From Abditibacteriaceae bacterium (GTDB lineage Bacteria > Armatimonadota > Abditibacteriia > Abditibacteriales > Abditibacteriaceae), in NCBI GenBank assembly GCA_031372065.1, contig JANMKN010000365.1, positions 1-15,782 of the forward strand: DNA of 15,782 nucleotides, written 5' to 3'. The number at the start of each line of letters is the position of its first letter. The stretch's first letter is position 1. The position numbers and the translations under genes are program-made. The notes below the pieces were generated by a model, which saw only the letters and a program-made list of their open reading frames with translations, had not been told where the DNA came from and made no database searches. Below, piece by piece: positions 7,426-15,020 of the stretch.

Positions 7426-8025
7426 ATGCAACGATTTTTCAGGCTGTGCCTGCTAACATCCATTGTCGCGTTAGGAACTGCAAACGCGTGGGCACATGAC
7501 GATGACGACCACGATGATCGGCGGCCTTTTGGCGGCGGCGAAGAGAATTACGATTACTTTTTGCGGATGTCCGACGAGGCGTTCCATATCGGCGATTACG
7601 AACGTGCCATTGCCTGTCATCGGGCCATTCTCGCGTTGGAGCCTGACGCGGTGGATTCCTATGGCGTGGCGGCGTGGCTTTTGTGGAGTTTGGAAAAAGG
7701 CGACGAAGCGACAGCTTTAATGGAGCGCGGCGTGGTCGCCAATCCCGCTGATTGGGAAATGATGGACGAGGCCGGGCAGCATTTTGACTTGCGAAAAATA
7801 ACGCCGCGTGCCGCCTCGCTTTACAAGCGTGCCTTGGAATTGATACCCAAAGACGCGCCAAATCAAATGTTGCGCCGCCGCTTGGCGCACGCTTCCGAAA
7901 AAAGCGGCGACCTTGCGGCATCGGTAATTATCTGGCGCGGTTTGGTGAAAGATTTTCTCGCTGAAGCCGTCAATAAAAATAATTTAGCCCGCGTTGAGCA
8001 AATGCAAGCTGAGAAGAAAAAATAG
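7426..8025 (+). CDS. Secreted tetratricopeptide-repeat protein
   Basis: GGGGAG SD before ATG 7426; signal peptide ending AWA; TPR-like helices (GDYERAIACHRAILALEP, AASLYKRALELIP). Confidence 0.8.
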   Translation: MQRFFRLCLLTSIVALGTANAWAHDDDDHDDRRPFGGGEENYDYFLRMSDEAFHIGDYERAIACHRAILALEPDAVDSYGVAAWLLWSLEKGDEATALMERGVVANPADWEMMDEAGQHFDLRKITPRAASLYKRALELIPKDAPNQMLRRRLAHASEKSGDLAASVIIWRGLVKDFLAEAVNKNNLARVEQMQAEKKK

Positions 8026-8027
8026 TT

Positions 8028-9371
8028 TTGCCAAACCACAACCAAAAACAATCCCCAAAACGCGTTGCCATTATCGGCGGTGGCCCCATTGGGGTCGAAG
8101 CGGCGCTTTACGGTGCTGTGGCCGGTTTCGATGTCAGCTTATTCGAGCGCGGCGATATCGCCGATAATGTGCGGCGTTGGAGTTTCGTGCAAGTGTTTAC
8201 CGAATGGGGCCGCAATCGCAGTCCTTTAGCCGCAAAACTGCTGCATGAACAAGGCGATATTCTTCCGCCTTCGGACGAATATTCCTCTGGCGAAGAATTG
8301 GTTCGCTATGTCGAAAAACTCGCCGCGTTGCCGCCGTTGCAGGGCAAAATTTCCACGCACACCAAAGCGGTTTCGCTCACGCGCGAATGTTGTCTGAAAA
8401 GCGATTTTATCGCGGACGATGGCCTGCATGGCGCCAATCGCCGCACGGAATTCCCGTTTCGATTGCATTTGGTAGAGGGAAAAAGTGCCGAACGCATCGA
8501 ATATTTTGATGTGATCATTGATGCCGCTGGCGTTTACCATTCGCCGAACGTGATGGGCAACGGCGGCGCGCCTTGCGTTGGCGAGACACAATGCGCTTCT
8601 CTGATTGACTACGCTTTGCCGGATGTTCTGGGGCGCGATAAAGAACGCTTCGCTAATCGCCATACTCTGGTGGTTGGCAGCGGCCATTCGGCGGCTTCGA
8701 CGTTGCTTTCTGTGGCGGATTTGATGGAAGAATATCCGGTTACGCGCCTGACTTGGATTGTGCGCCGTGCTGTCCCTCTGCATGGCGCGCCTTACACCTT
8801 GATTGAAAACGAAACTTCTACCACGCGTGCCCGCATTCACGCGCGCGCAAATGCTTTAGTCGAGCATCCCAACGTCACGTTTTTGCCGCGAAGTTCAGTC
8901 AACGTGGTTTCGCGCCAGCAGAACACTTTTCAAGTGGAGATTTCTTGTGGTGGCGAACGAAAAATCATTCGATGCGACAACGTGGCGGCGCACACAGGTT
9001 TTCGCGCCGATGAAAGTTTGTGGCGCGAATTGCAAGTGCAAGTGCATCCGGCGACAGGCGCGCCCTTAAAACTTGGCATCGAATTGAACGCGCATAATGC
9101 GCGCAGTGGAGTAGGGCTTTCGACAGGCTATGCCGAGCGCCAAACGCGCGATGAGGAAACAAAAAAACACGCCCATGACCGTTGGAGCTATCTGATAAAC
9201 GATCCTGTGCTTTTAGAAACGGGCGAGCGGAATTTTTACGTTCTTGGCATCAAAAGTTATGGTCGTGACGCCGGTTTTCTGATGCAAAATGGCTTCCGTC
9301 AGGTGCGCGATGTATGGAAACTCATCAGCGGTGATGACAATTTAAATCTTTACGGTGACGAATTAAAATAA
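8028..9371 (+). CDS. FAD/NAD(P)-dependent oxidoreductase (flavoprotein monooxygenase-like)
   Basis: Two Rossmann motifs (IIGGGPIG, VVGSGHSA), DAAG, HTGFR and C-terminal NFYVLGIKSYGR; TTG start 2 nt after the TPR stop. Confidence 0.88.
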   Translation: MPNHNQKQSPKRVAIIGGGPIGVEAALYGAVAGFDVSLFERGDIADNVRRWSFVQVFTEWGRNRSPLAAKLLHEQGDILPPSDEYSSGEELVRYVEKLAALPPLQGKISTHTKAVSLTRECCLKSDFIADDGLHGANRRTEFPFRLHLVEGKSAERIEYFDVIIDAAGVYHSPNVMGNGGAPCVGETQCASLIDYALPDVLGRDKERFANRHTLVVGSGHSAASTLLSVADLMEEYPVTRLTWIVRRAVPLHGAPYTLIENETSTTRARIHARANALVEHPNVTFLPRSSVNVVSRQQNTFQVEISCGGERKIIRCDNVAAHTGFRADESLWRELQVQVHPATGAPLKLGIELNAHNARSGVGLSTGYAERQTRDEETKKHAHDRWSYLINDPVLLETGERNFYVLGIKSYGRDAGFLMQNGFRQVRDVWKLISGDDNLNLYGDELK

Positions 9372-9405
9372 AAAAGCGCAGCGCGAACTTTCGCGCTGCG
9401 CTTTT
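9372..9405. terminator. Bidirectional intrinsic terminator between convergent genes
   Basis: AAAAGCGCAGCGCGA-ACTT-TCGCGCTGCGCTTTT perfect inverted repeat between the stops at 9371 (+) and 9419 (-). Confidence 0.9.
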
Positions 9406-9418
9406 GGGTATTAGCTAT

Positions 9419-9769
9419 TTAGCCGTTCCAAGTGGTCAGCTCGACCAAATTCTCGGCGAGGTTGACGTTCAGGGCATAGCCCAAAACCTCATTGAAAAAA
9501 CGCACCGGCACCCACGTTTCGCCAGCGTCCACAAAAGGCGCAGCTTGAACGTTCACGACATTTCCATTCAGATTGACATCCTTGCTGCCAATATCGAGCA
9601 GAATGTCGCCCTTTTTGTGGGTCAGCGCAATTTGTTTGGTGCTTTGATCCCATTCGACTTTGGCTCCAACGGCTTCTCCCAAGGCGCGCAACGGCACCCA
9701 CAGCGTTCCATCCTGATTGCGAGGCTCGTCCGCAATTTCAACCGGCTTTCCATCAATAATGTAAGGCAT
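9419..9769 (-). CDS. Copper amine oxidase N-terminal (stalk) domain-like protein, stand-alone
   Basis: Duplicated motif LWVPLRALGEAVGAKVEWD / TWVPVRFFNEVLG and IGSKDVNLNG...AAPFV; AAAGGAG SD. Confidence 0.85.
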   Translation of the reverse strand: MPYIIDGKPVEIADEPRNQDGTLWVPLRALGEAVGAKVEWDQSTKQIALTHKKGDILLDIGSKDVNLNGNVVNVQAAPFVDAGETWVPVRFFNEVLGYALNVNLAENLVELTTWNG

Positions 9770-9826
9770 GATTCTCCTTTTTGAGCGAAGTAGGGCACAA
9801 AAACGTGCGGACTTGCTGTTGTTGAT

Positions 9827-10276
9827 TTAGTGGGCTTTGACTTTCACAGGCGCCACCACTTTTAAGTTGTTTTTCACTTGATGCCCGCTTGCGTTACGCG
9901 CAAGTTGACTGGCTAAGGCGCGTTGTGCATTCGAGGCAACGTGGCCGTCCAAAAATACAACGCTACTCTTGGTTGTGACGTCAATGCTGGCCGCCTCAAT
10001 GGATTTGTTGGCTATCAATGCATATTTCACTTTGGCGGTAACAGCGGCATCGGACGCCAGATTCGCACCTTTCTGCGCCGTTTTTTCAATCGCGGGCACG
10101 ATTTTCTCGACACCTTGTTCCAAAGTCTTTCCAGCATTGTTGGCTTTGTTTTCGATTTGCTGGCTGGTGGCAGGCGAATCGGGCATTCCGTTGTTGTTTT
10201 TGTCCTGACATCCTGCAAGGAACAGAACGCCCGCCAAGCCCGACGTGAGCAGAAGCGGCAGCGATGATTTTTTCAT
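9827..10276 (-). CDS. BON domain lipoprotein (OsmY-like)
   Basis: Lipobox LAGC; C-terminal DAAVTAKVKYAL...IDVTT...VFLDGHV...VKNNLKV BON motif; AAGGAG SD. Confidence 0.88.
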   Translation of the reverse strand: MKKSSLPLLLTSGLAGVLFLAGCQDKNNNGMPDSPATSQQIENKANNAGKTLEQGVEKIVPAIEKTAQKGANLASDAAVTAKVKYALIANKSIEAASIDVTTKSSVVFLDGHVASNAQRALASQLARNASGHQVKNNLKVVAPVKVKAH

Positions 10277-10351
10277 GGGAATAATCTCCTTAGTTTCTGT
10301 GGGTCGTCGTTCGCTTTTGGCAAAATGCAGGCCAACATCAGATTGCTTTAC

Positions 10352-12274
10352 TTAAGGTGTGGCTTGAGCCAATTCGGGCGCTACTTTAGGCGCTTTCGGT
10401 TTAGGAAAGGCAGCTTCAAGAATGGCTTTGGCAACGGGCGCGGCGTTTTCGCTGCCGTGACCGGAGTTTTCAACAATGACAGCGATGGCTATGGTGGGAT
10501 TTTCGTAAGGCGCAAAACACATAAACCACGCGTGAGGCAAGGCATTATTGGCATCTTCCGCCGAGCCGGTTTTCCCAGCAATTGCCACTTGCGGCAAATT
10601 AAACGCGCGCCCAGTGCCATCTGTCATTACACGTCGCATTCCGGCGCGCACCAAAGCGATATTGCGCGCATCTATGGCAACTTTATGACGCACAACAGGT
10701 GTGGACTTTTCGATTTTACTGCCGCGTAATTCCTTGAAAATATGCGGTTGCCATAATGTGCCGCCGTTGGCTAAAGTGGCGGCCAGGTCCGCCATTTGGA
10801 GCGGCGAAACCAAAGTGTCGCCTTGGCCGATAGACATATTCAAGGTATTACCGGGAAACCAATGCGCCAACTCTGGACGCGATTGGTTGAGACGCTGTCG
10901 CCACGCCGGATCGGGAACCAAACCAGCGGTGCTACTGGGCAAATCAATCCCTGTTTCTTGCCCCAAGCCGAATTCGCGGGCGATTTGTGCCAAATAATCT
11001 GGCCCGCTGCTTTCAGGGTCGCCCATTTTCAAGGCGGCTTGATAAAAATAGGTGTCGCACGAACCGGCTAAAGCGCCCATGAGATCTACGCTGCCATGCG
11101 TTTTCCAACAACCGAAAAATCGTCCGCCCAGACGGTATCCGCCGGGGCAGTTATAAACCGTGCCAGCCGATAAGGTGCCTTGTTGCAGGCCCGCCGCCGC
11201 CGTGACCGTTTTGAAAGTCGAGGCTGGCGGAAACCGCGAATTAACCGCGCGATTGATAAGCGGTTTCTTGGGATTATCGTTGATGCTGTTCCAAATTTTA
11301 TTGAACGAACGACGCGGCAAGGAAAACACGTTCGGGTTGAAGGTCGGGCGCGAAACCATCGCTAAAATTTCGCCGTTACGCGGGTCAATCGCTACGGCAG
11401 CACCGCTGTTGCGCGCCTGTGATAACGCATTTTCGGCGGCGCGTTGCAACTTAGCATCAATGGTCAACACCAAGGTTTGGCCCGCTTTTTCGGGAATCGT
11501 GCTAACGCGCCGCACCGGACGCGCCCTCGCGTCCACTTCGTATTGATCGCTGCCTTCGGTGCCCGCTAAATTGCGGTCAAATTCGCGTTCGACGCCGCTT
11601 TTGCCGATCACACCGCCGAATTTAAGCAGTCGAACACTGGGGTCAGTTTTTTGCTCTTCTTGGTTGCGTTCTAAATCGTGTTCATCTACGGCCCGTGTGT
11701 AACCCAAAAGATGCGCCGCCAGCGCGCCTTGCGGGTAAAAACGCTTGATGTCGTCGGTGACTAAAACGGCACGACCCAAACGCCATTTGTTTTCTTCGAT
11801 GAGGGTAATTGTCGCTAAATCGGCTTCCTCGACAATCGGCACAGGATCGTAAATTCCGGCCCGCTTGCGCCTTGCGTCTTCAAGGTCGGCTTCGATTTCC
11901 GTGGGCGTCATTTTCAACAGAAAACCAAGCGACTTGAGAATAGTTAAGCGTTCTTCGGGTTCGCGGCGCGCTGAAGGCAAGGCCGCAGGGACAATGGAAA
12001 TTGAGTGCCGCACGCGGGATGTGCCCAGCACGACGTTATTGCGATCAAGAATCAAGCCGCGTGGGGCAGCCAAAGGCACATGGCGCAGTCGGTTCGTTTG
12101 CGCTTGAGTTAGAAAATCGTTGCCACGAACGACCTGCAAATACCATAGTCGGGTCATCAGGCCAAAATAGGCCAGACCCAAAGCTGTCATGCACATCCAA
12201 ACGCGTTGTTTAACAGTTTTGCTATCGGCAATGGCCCAGCCCGTGCGGCGCCGGGAACGAGAGGAAACGGCCAT
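10352..12274 (-). CDS. mrdA: Penicillin-binding protein 2 (class B transpeptidase)
   Basis: N-terminal TM with RLWYLQ, APRGLILDRN, RFYP, GKSGVE, LTIDAKLQ; active-site motifs STFK, SCD and KTG. Confidence 0.93.
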   Translation of the reverse strand: MAVSSRSRRRTGWAIADSKTVKQRVWMCMTALGLAYFGLMTRLWYLQVVRGNDFLTQAQTNRLRHVPLAAPRGLILDRNNVVLGTSRVRHSISIVPAALPSARREPEERLTILKSLGFLLKMTPTEIEADLEDARRKRAGIYDPVPIVEEADLATITLIEENKWRLGRAVLVTDDIKRFYPQGALAAHLLGYTRAVDEHDLERNQEEQKTDPSVRLLKFGGVIGKSGVEREFDRNLAGTEGSDQYEVDARARPVRRVSTIPEKAGQTLVLTIDAKLQRAAENALSQARNSGAAVAIDPRNGEILAMVSRPTFNPNVFSLPRRSFNKIWNSINDNPKKPLINRAVNSRFPPASTFKTVTAAAGLQQGTLSAGTVYNCPGGYRLGGRFFGCWKTHGSVDLMGALAGSCDTYFYQAALKMGDPESSGPDYLAQIAREFGLGQETGIDLPSSTAGLVPDPAWRQRLNQSRPELAHWFPGNTLNMSIGQGDTLVSPLQMADLAATLANGGTLWQPHIFKELRGSKIEKSTPVVRHKVAIDARNIALVRAGMRRVMTDGTGRAFNLPQVAIAGKTGSAEDANNALPHAWFMCFAPYENPTIAIAVIVENSGHGSENAAPVAKAILEAAFPKPKAPKVAPELAQATP

Positions 12275-12275
12275 T

Positions 12276-12400
12276 TGGTCAGTGGTCAGTGGTCAGTGGT
12301 CAGTGGTCGGTGGTCGGTAAGTGATAAGCAGACTTATAGGTTTTCGTATATTTCTGCGCTCTCACCACTGACCCCTGCCCACCGCTCACTGACCACCGAA
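12276..12400. repeat. Inverted 7-bp microsatellite (TGGTCAG)n ... (CTGACCA-like)n filling the spacer upstream of mrdA
   Basis: TGGTCAG x4 then TGGTCGG x2 (12276-12317) and two degenerate units; in-register inverted units CTCACCA CTGACCC CTGCCCA CCGCTCA CTGACCA at 12361-12395. Confidence 0.88.
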
Positions 12401-12401
12401 T

Positions 12402-12800
12402 TCAGTCTTCCAACGGGTCAAGCCGCGCATCGGCGGGTAGGTCGGTGTTGTCCAGAGCGTGTTCATCGAGTTCTTCAATGTCAATTTCGCCCGGCGTGTT
12501 GTTGTCGCTCATTTCGGGAGATGTCAAGAAATCGGGTTCGGTTTCGATGTCACTGAGCGGGATTTCATTGCCACTGGCCGCGTCGCCTTCAAATTCGTCA
12601 TCGGCGGCGTTGAGGTCATCTTCCAAGAAATCGAAATCGTCGCCGGTTTCTTCCAAAAGTTCGTCATCCAAGCCGGCGTCACTGGCCGAAGTGGCCGAGT
12701 CGGCGGGGAAGTTGGAGAGGTCTTTGTTGTCGCTCTCTGGCGAAGCGGTTGTTGTTTCCAGCCGGTCTGTGCTGTAGGTTTTGTCTTGTTCTTTGTTCAT
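12402..12800 (-). CDS. Highly acidic 132-aa hypothetical protein, probably disordered
   Basis: Start at ATG 12800 (MNKEQDK) after a purine-rich AAGAAGGGA; about one third Asp/Glu. The longer ORF-track start overlaps the opposite-strand oxidoreductase. Confidence 0.78.
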   Translation of the reverse strand: MNKEQDKTYSTDRLETTTASPESDNKDLSNFPADSATSASDAGLDDELLEETGDDFDFLEDDLNAADDEFEGDAASGNEIPLSDIETEPDFLTSPEMSDNNTPGEIDIEELDEHALDNTDLPADARLDPLED

Positions 12801-12887
12801 GAAAATGTCCCTTCTTTCTGTTGAATCCTGTGCTATTTCGAGCCATGAGGCTGCGGTGTGCGCAATCTCCAAAGGTGGACAGCTTTC

Positions 12888-12893
12888 AGTATA
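12888..12893 (-). promoter_or_regulatory. Candidate -10 box (TATACT) for the acidic protein / mrdA transcript
   Basis: AGTATA on + equals TATACT on -, in the divergent spacer about 90 nt upstream of ATG 12800. Confidence 0.35.
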
Positions 12894-12971
12894 GCCCGCC
12901 TTTTGCGGTTGTGGGCCATACGATAAAATAGCGTTGCCGATAGAGATGGAGGAAGGCTCAGAGAGATTTTC

Positions 12972-13961
12972 ATGCCAGTAAAAATTGGTTTCATTGGCAC
13001 CGGCGGCATGGCCGCGCAGCATTTTGGGACGCTTGCGCAAATTGCGGACGCGCAACCCATCGCATTTTGCGATGTGGACAAAACGCGCGTGCAAGCTGCC
13101 GCGCATCGCTTCGCGCACTTTGAAGCGCGAGCCTACACCGATTACAAAAAACTGCTCGAAGCCGAAGATTTGGATGCGCTGTATATTTGCCTGCCGCCCC
13201 ACGCACACAAAGATGTCGAAGTTCTGGCCGCCCAAAAAGGCTGCGCGCTGTTCATCGAAAAACCGATCTCCAACCAACTGAAAAACGCCGAACGCGCCGC
13301 CGCTGCTATTGAACAAACGGGCGTTTTGTGTTCGGTGGGCTATCATTTTCGCTATCACCAAGCAACGCAGCAAGTGCAGCAAACTTTGGCCGAAAAAAAT
13401 GCGCCGCCTCCCGCACTAATTTATGGCCGTTGGTTGGGAGGTTTTCCTGTGGTTTCGTGGTGGCGCAAGATGAACCAAAGTGGCGGCCAAATCAATGAGC
13501 AAGCCACACATATCATTGATTTAGCGCGTTATTTAGTGGGCGACATCGTAAAAGTCTATTGCTGCGCCGCGCGGCGCGAAATGCATCGTGAATTCCGCGA
13601 TTCCACAGTGCCCGATGTGACCGCGCTGACTGCTGAATTTGCCAGCGGTGCCATCGGACATTTCGCGGCGACGTGCATGGTGAATGGTGTTAGCGAAGCC
13701 GGACTTTCGATTGTCGTTAAAGACGCGATTTTCGATTTGCACAGCAATGCGCTCAACATCCGGCGCGCTAATGAAACGCACACGTTTTTGCACCGCAATA
13801 ACCCGTATTTGGACGAAGATCGGGCCTTCATCGAAGCCGTGCAAAGCGGGCAGCGCAGCGGCATCAAATGCACTTATGCCGACGCCTTAAAAACGTTGCG
13901 CGTCACGCTGGCGGCCAATCAATCGGCCAAAAGTGGCAGGCCAGTAAAAATCAAAATCTGA
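12972..13961 (+). CDS. Gfo/Idh/MocA family oxidoreductase
   Basis: IGFIGTGGMA, DALYICLPPHAH, LFIEKP, VGYHFRY and SGGQINEQATHIIDL motifs. Confidence 0.93.
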   Translation: MPVKIGFIGTGGMAAQHFGTLAQIADAQPIAFCDVDKTRVQAAAHRFAHFEARAYTDYKKLLEAEDLDALYICLPPHAHKDVEVLAAQKGCALFIEKPISNQLKNAERAAAAIEQTGVLCSVGYHFRYHQATQQVQQTLAEKNAPPPALIYGRWLGGFPVVSWWRKMNQSGGQINEQATHIIDLARYLVGDIVKVYCCAARREMHREFRDSTVPDVTALTAEFASGAIGHFAATCMVNGVSEAGLSIVVKDAIFDLHSNALNIRRANETHTFLHRNNPYLDEDRAFIEAVQSGQRSGIKCTYADALKTLRVTLAANQSAKSGRPVKIKI

Positions 13962-13996
13962 TAAACCACGAAGCGAATTCATTTTCAAGGAGACTT

Positions 13997-14578
13997 ATGG
14001 CTTTCACACTTCAAATCGGCGAGGCTGCACCCGATTTCAATTTGCCGGGCGTGGACGGAAAAAATCACACGTTGTCCGAATATAACGCTACCTCGTTGCT
14101 CATCATCGCGTTCACTTGCAACCATTGCCCGTATGTTGTCGGCAGCGAGGAACGCATCAAGCAACTGCACGCCGATTACAAAAATCGCGGCGTGCAATTG
14201 GTGACAATTAACTCGAACGAAACCGAGAATCATCCGACGGATTCGTTTGAACACATGGTCGAACATGCCAAAGAAAAAGGCTTCGATTTCCCGTATTTGC
14301 GCGACGATTCGCAGGAAATCGCTACCGCTTACGGCGCTTTGCGCACACCGCATTATTATGTTTTTGATGCTGAACGGAAACTGCGCTACACAGGCCGCAT
14401 GGACGACCGTCCGCGTCATCCGGGCGAGGAAACCACACACGAATTGCGCGATGCGTTGGAAGAATTATTGGCCGGAAAAGAAGTTTCGGTGCCGCTAACC
14501 AACCCGATTGGCTGCAACGTCAAATGGCAAGGCCAAGATCATCACTGGATGCCCGCCGAAGCGTGCGATTTGGTATGA
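13997..14578 (+). CDS. Thioredoxin-fold AhpC/TSA (redoxin) family protein
   Basis: AAGGAG SD before ATG 13997; IGEAAPDFNLPGVDGK, CNHCPYV (CxxC), FPYLRDDSQ, YGALRTP, YTGRMDD, IGCNVKW. Confidence 0.92.
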   Translation: MAFTLQIGEAAPDFNLPGVDGKNHTLSEYNATSLLIIAFTCNHCPYVVGSEERIKQLHADYKNRGVQLVTINSNETENHPTDSFEHMVEHAKEKGFDFPYLRDDSQEIATAYGALRTPHYYVFDAERKLRYTGRMDDRPRHPGEETTHELRDALEELLAGKEVSVPLTNPIGCNVKWQGQDHHWMPAEACDLV

Positions 14579-14633
14579 AACGCGAAGCAAGGCGCGACGA
14601 AGAATCGTGTTGTGCCTTTAATGGTAGGCACTG

Positions 14634-14661
14634 GAAAGAGCGACTTCGTGGCTCTCTTCTC
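14634..14661 (+). terminator. Possible weak terminator after the redoxin gene
   Basis: AGAGCGAC-TTC-GTGGCTCT stem with one mismatch, followed by a pyrimidine run (CTTCTCT) rather than a clean U-tract. Confidence 0.35.
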
Positions 14662-14724
14662 TAACACAAATCAACCGCGTAACATGAGTAAGTCTCATCA
14701 AACGCGGATTGAAGATTTGCTCTT

Positions 14725-14892
14725 CTGGATTGCAATCCAGAAGCACTGGATTGCAATCCAGAGGTCATGGATTACAATCCAGAGGTCGTGGATTGCAATC
14801 CAGAAGCACTGGATTACAATCCAGAGGTCGTGGATTACAATCCAGAAGTCGTGGATTGCAATCCAGAGGTCATGGATTACAATCCAGAAGTC
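14725..14892. repeat. Eight tandem 21-bp units, each containing the palindrome TGGATT(G/A)CAATCCA
   Basis: Units start at 14725, 14746, 14767, 14788, 14809, 14830, 14851 and 14872. The 14-bp core is invariant except for one G/A; the 7-nt linkers are GAAGCAC, GAGGTCA, GAGGTCG or GAAGTCG. Confidence 0.95.
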
Positions 14893-15020
14893 TAAATTTA
14901 GACTTTTTCGGCTTGAAAAGGCCAGTTTTGGCATTCTGACGCTTAGTTTTGGCTCTTCTTATCGAAAAAGAGACTTAAGACTGCATTTTTGCACTGCTTC
15001 TTCATATGAATGACGATTTA

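Noticed and set aside
12801..13382. N-terminal extension of the 326-aa ORF 12402-13382
   Set aside because: Antisense to the well-supported Gfo/Idh/MocA gene; composition changes abruptly at Met 12800, which has its own RBS-like sequence.
13868..13996. Longer start for the redoxin gene
   Set aside because: Overlaps the upstream gene; ATG 13997 has an AAGGAG SD and matches the family N-terminus.
311..14498. Numerous other short ORFs in the track overlapping the called genes
   Set aside because: Alternate-frame or antisense shadows with no motifs or translation signals.
14725..14892. CRISPR array
   Set aside because: Linkers are only 7 nt and recur, the unit is 21 bp, and no cas genes are in the window.
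14900..15010. Several short palindromes downstream of the array (e.g. TTCATATGAA at 15001-15010)
   Set aside because: Stems of 4-5 bp are expected by chance in AT-rich spacers.
14612..15013. ORFs across the palindromic array (WIAIQRS, GLQSRGR, LWIVIHD heptads)
   Set aside because: Several frames on both strands are open simply because the unit is a stop-free multiple of 3; no SD or recognisable domain. Coding is not formally excluded.
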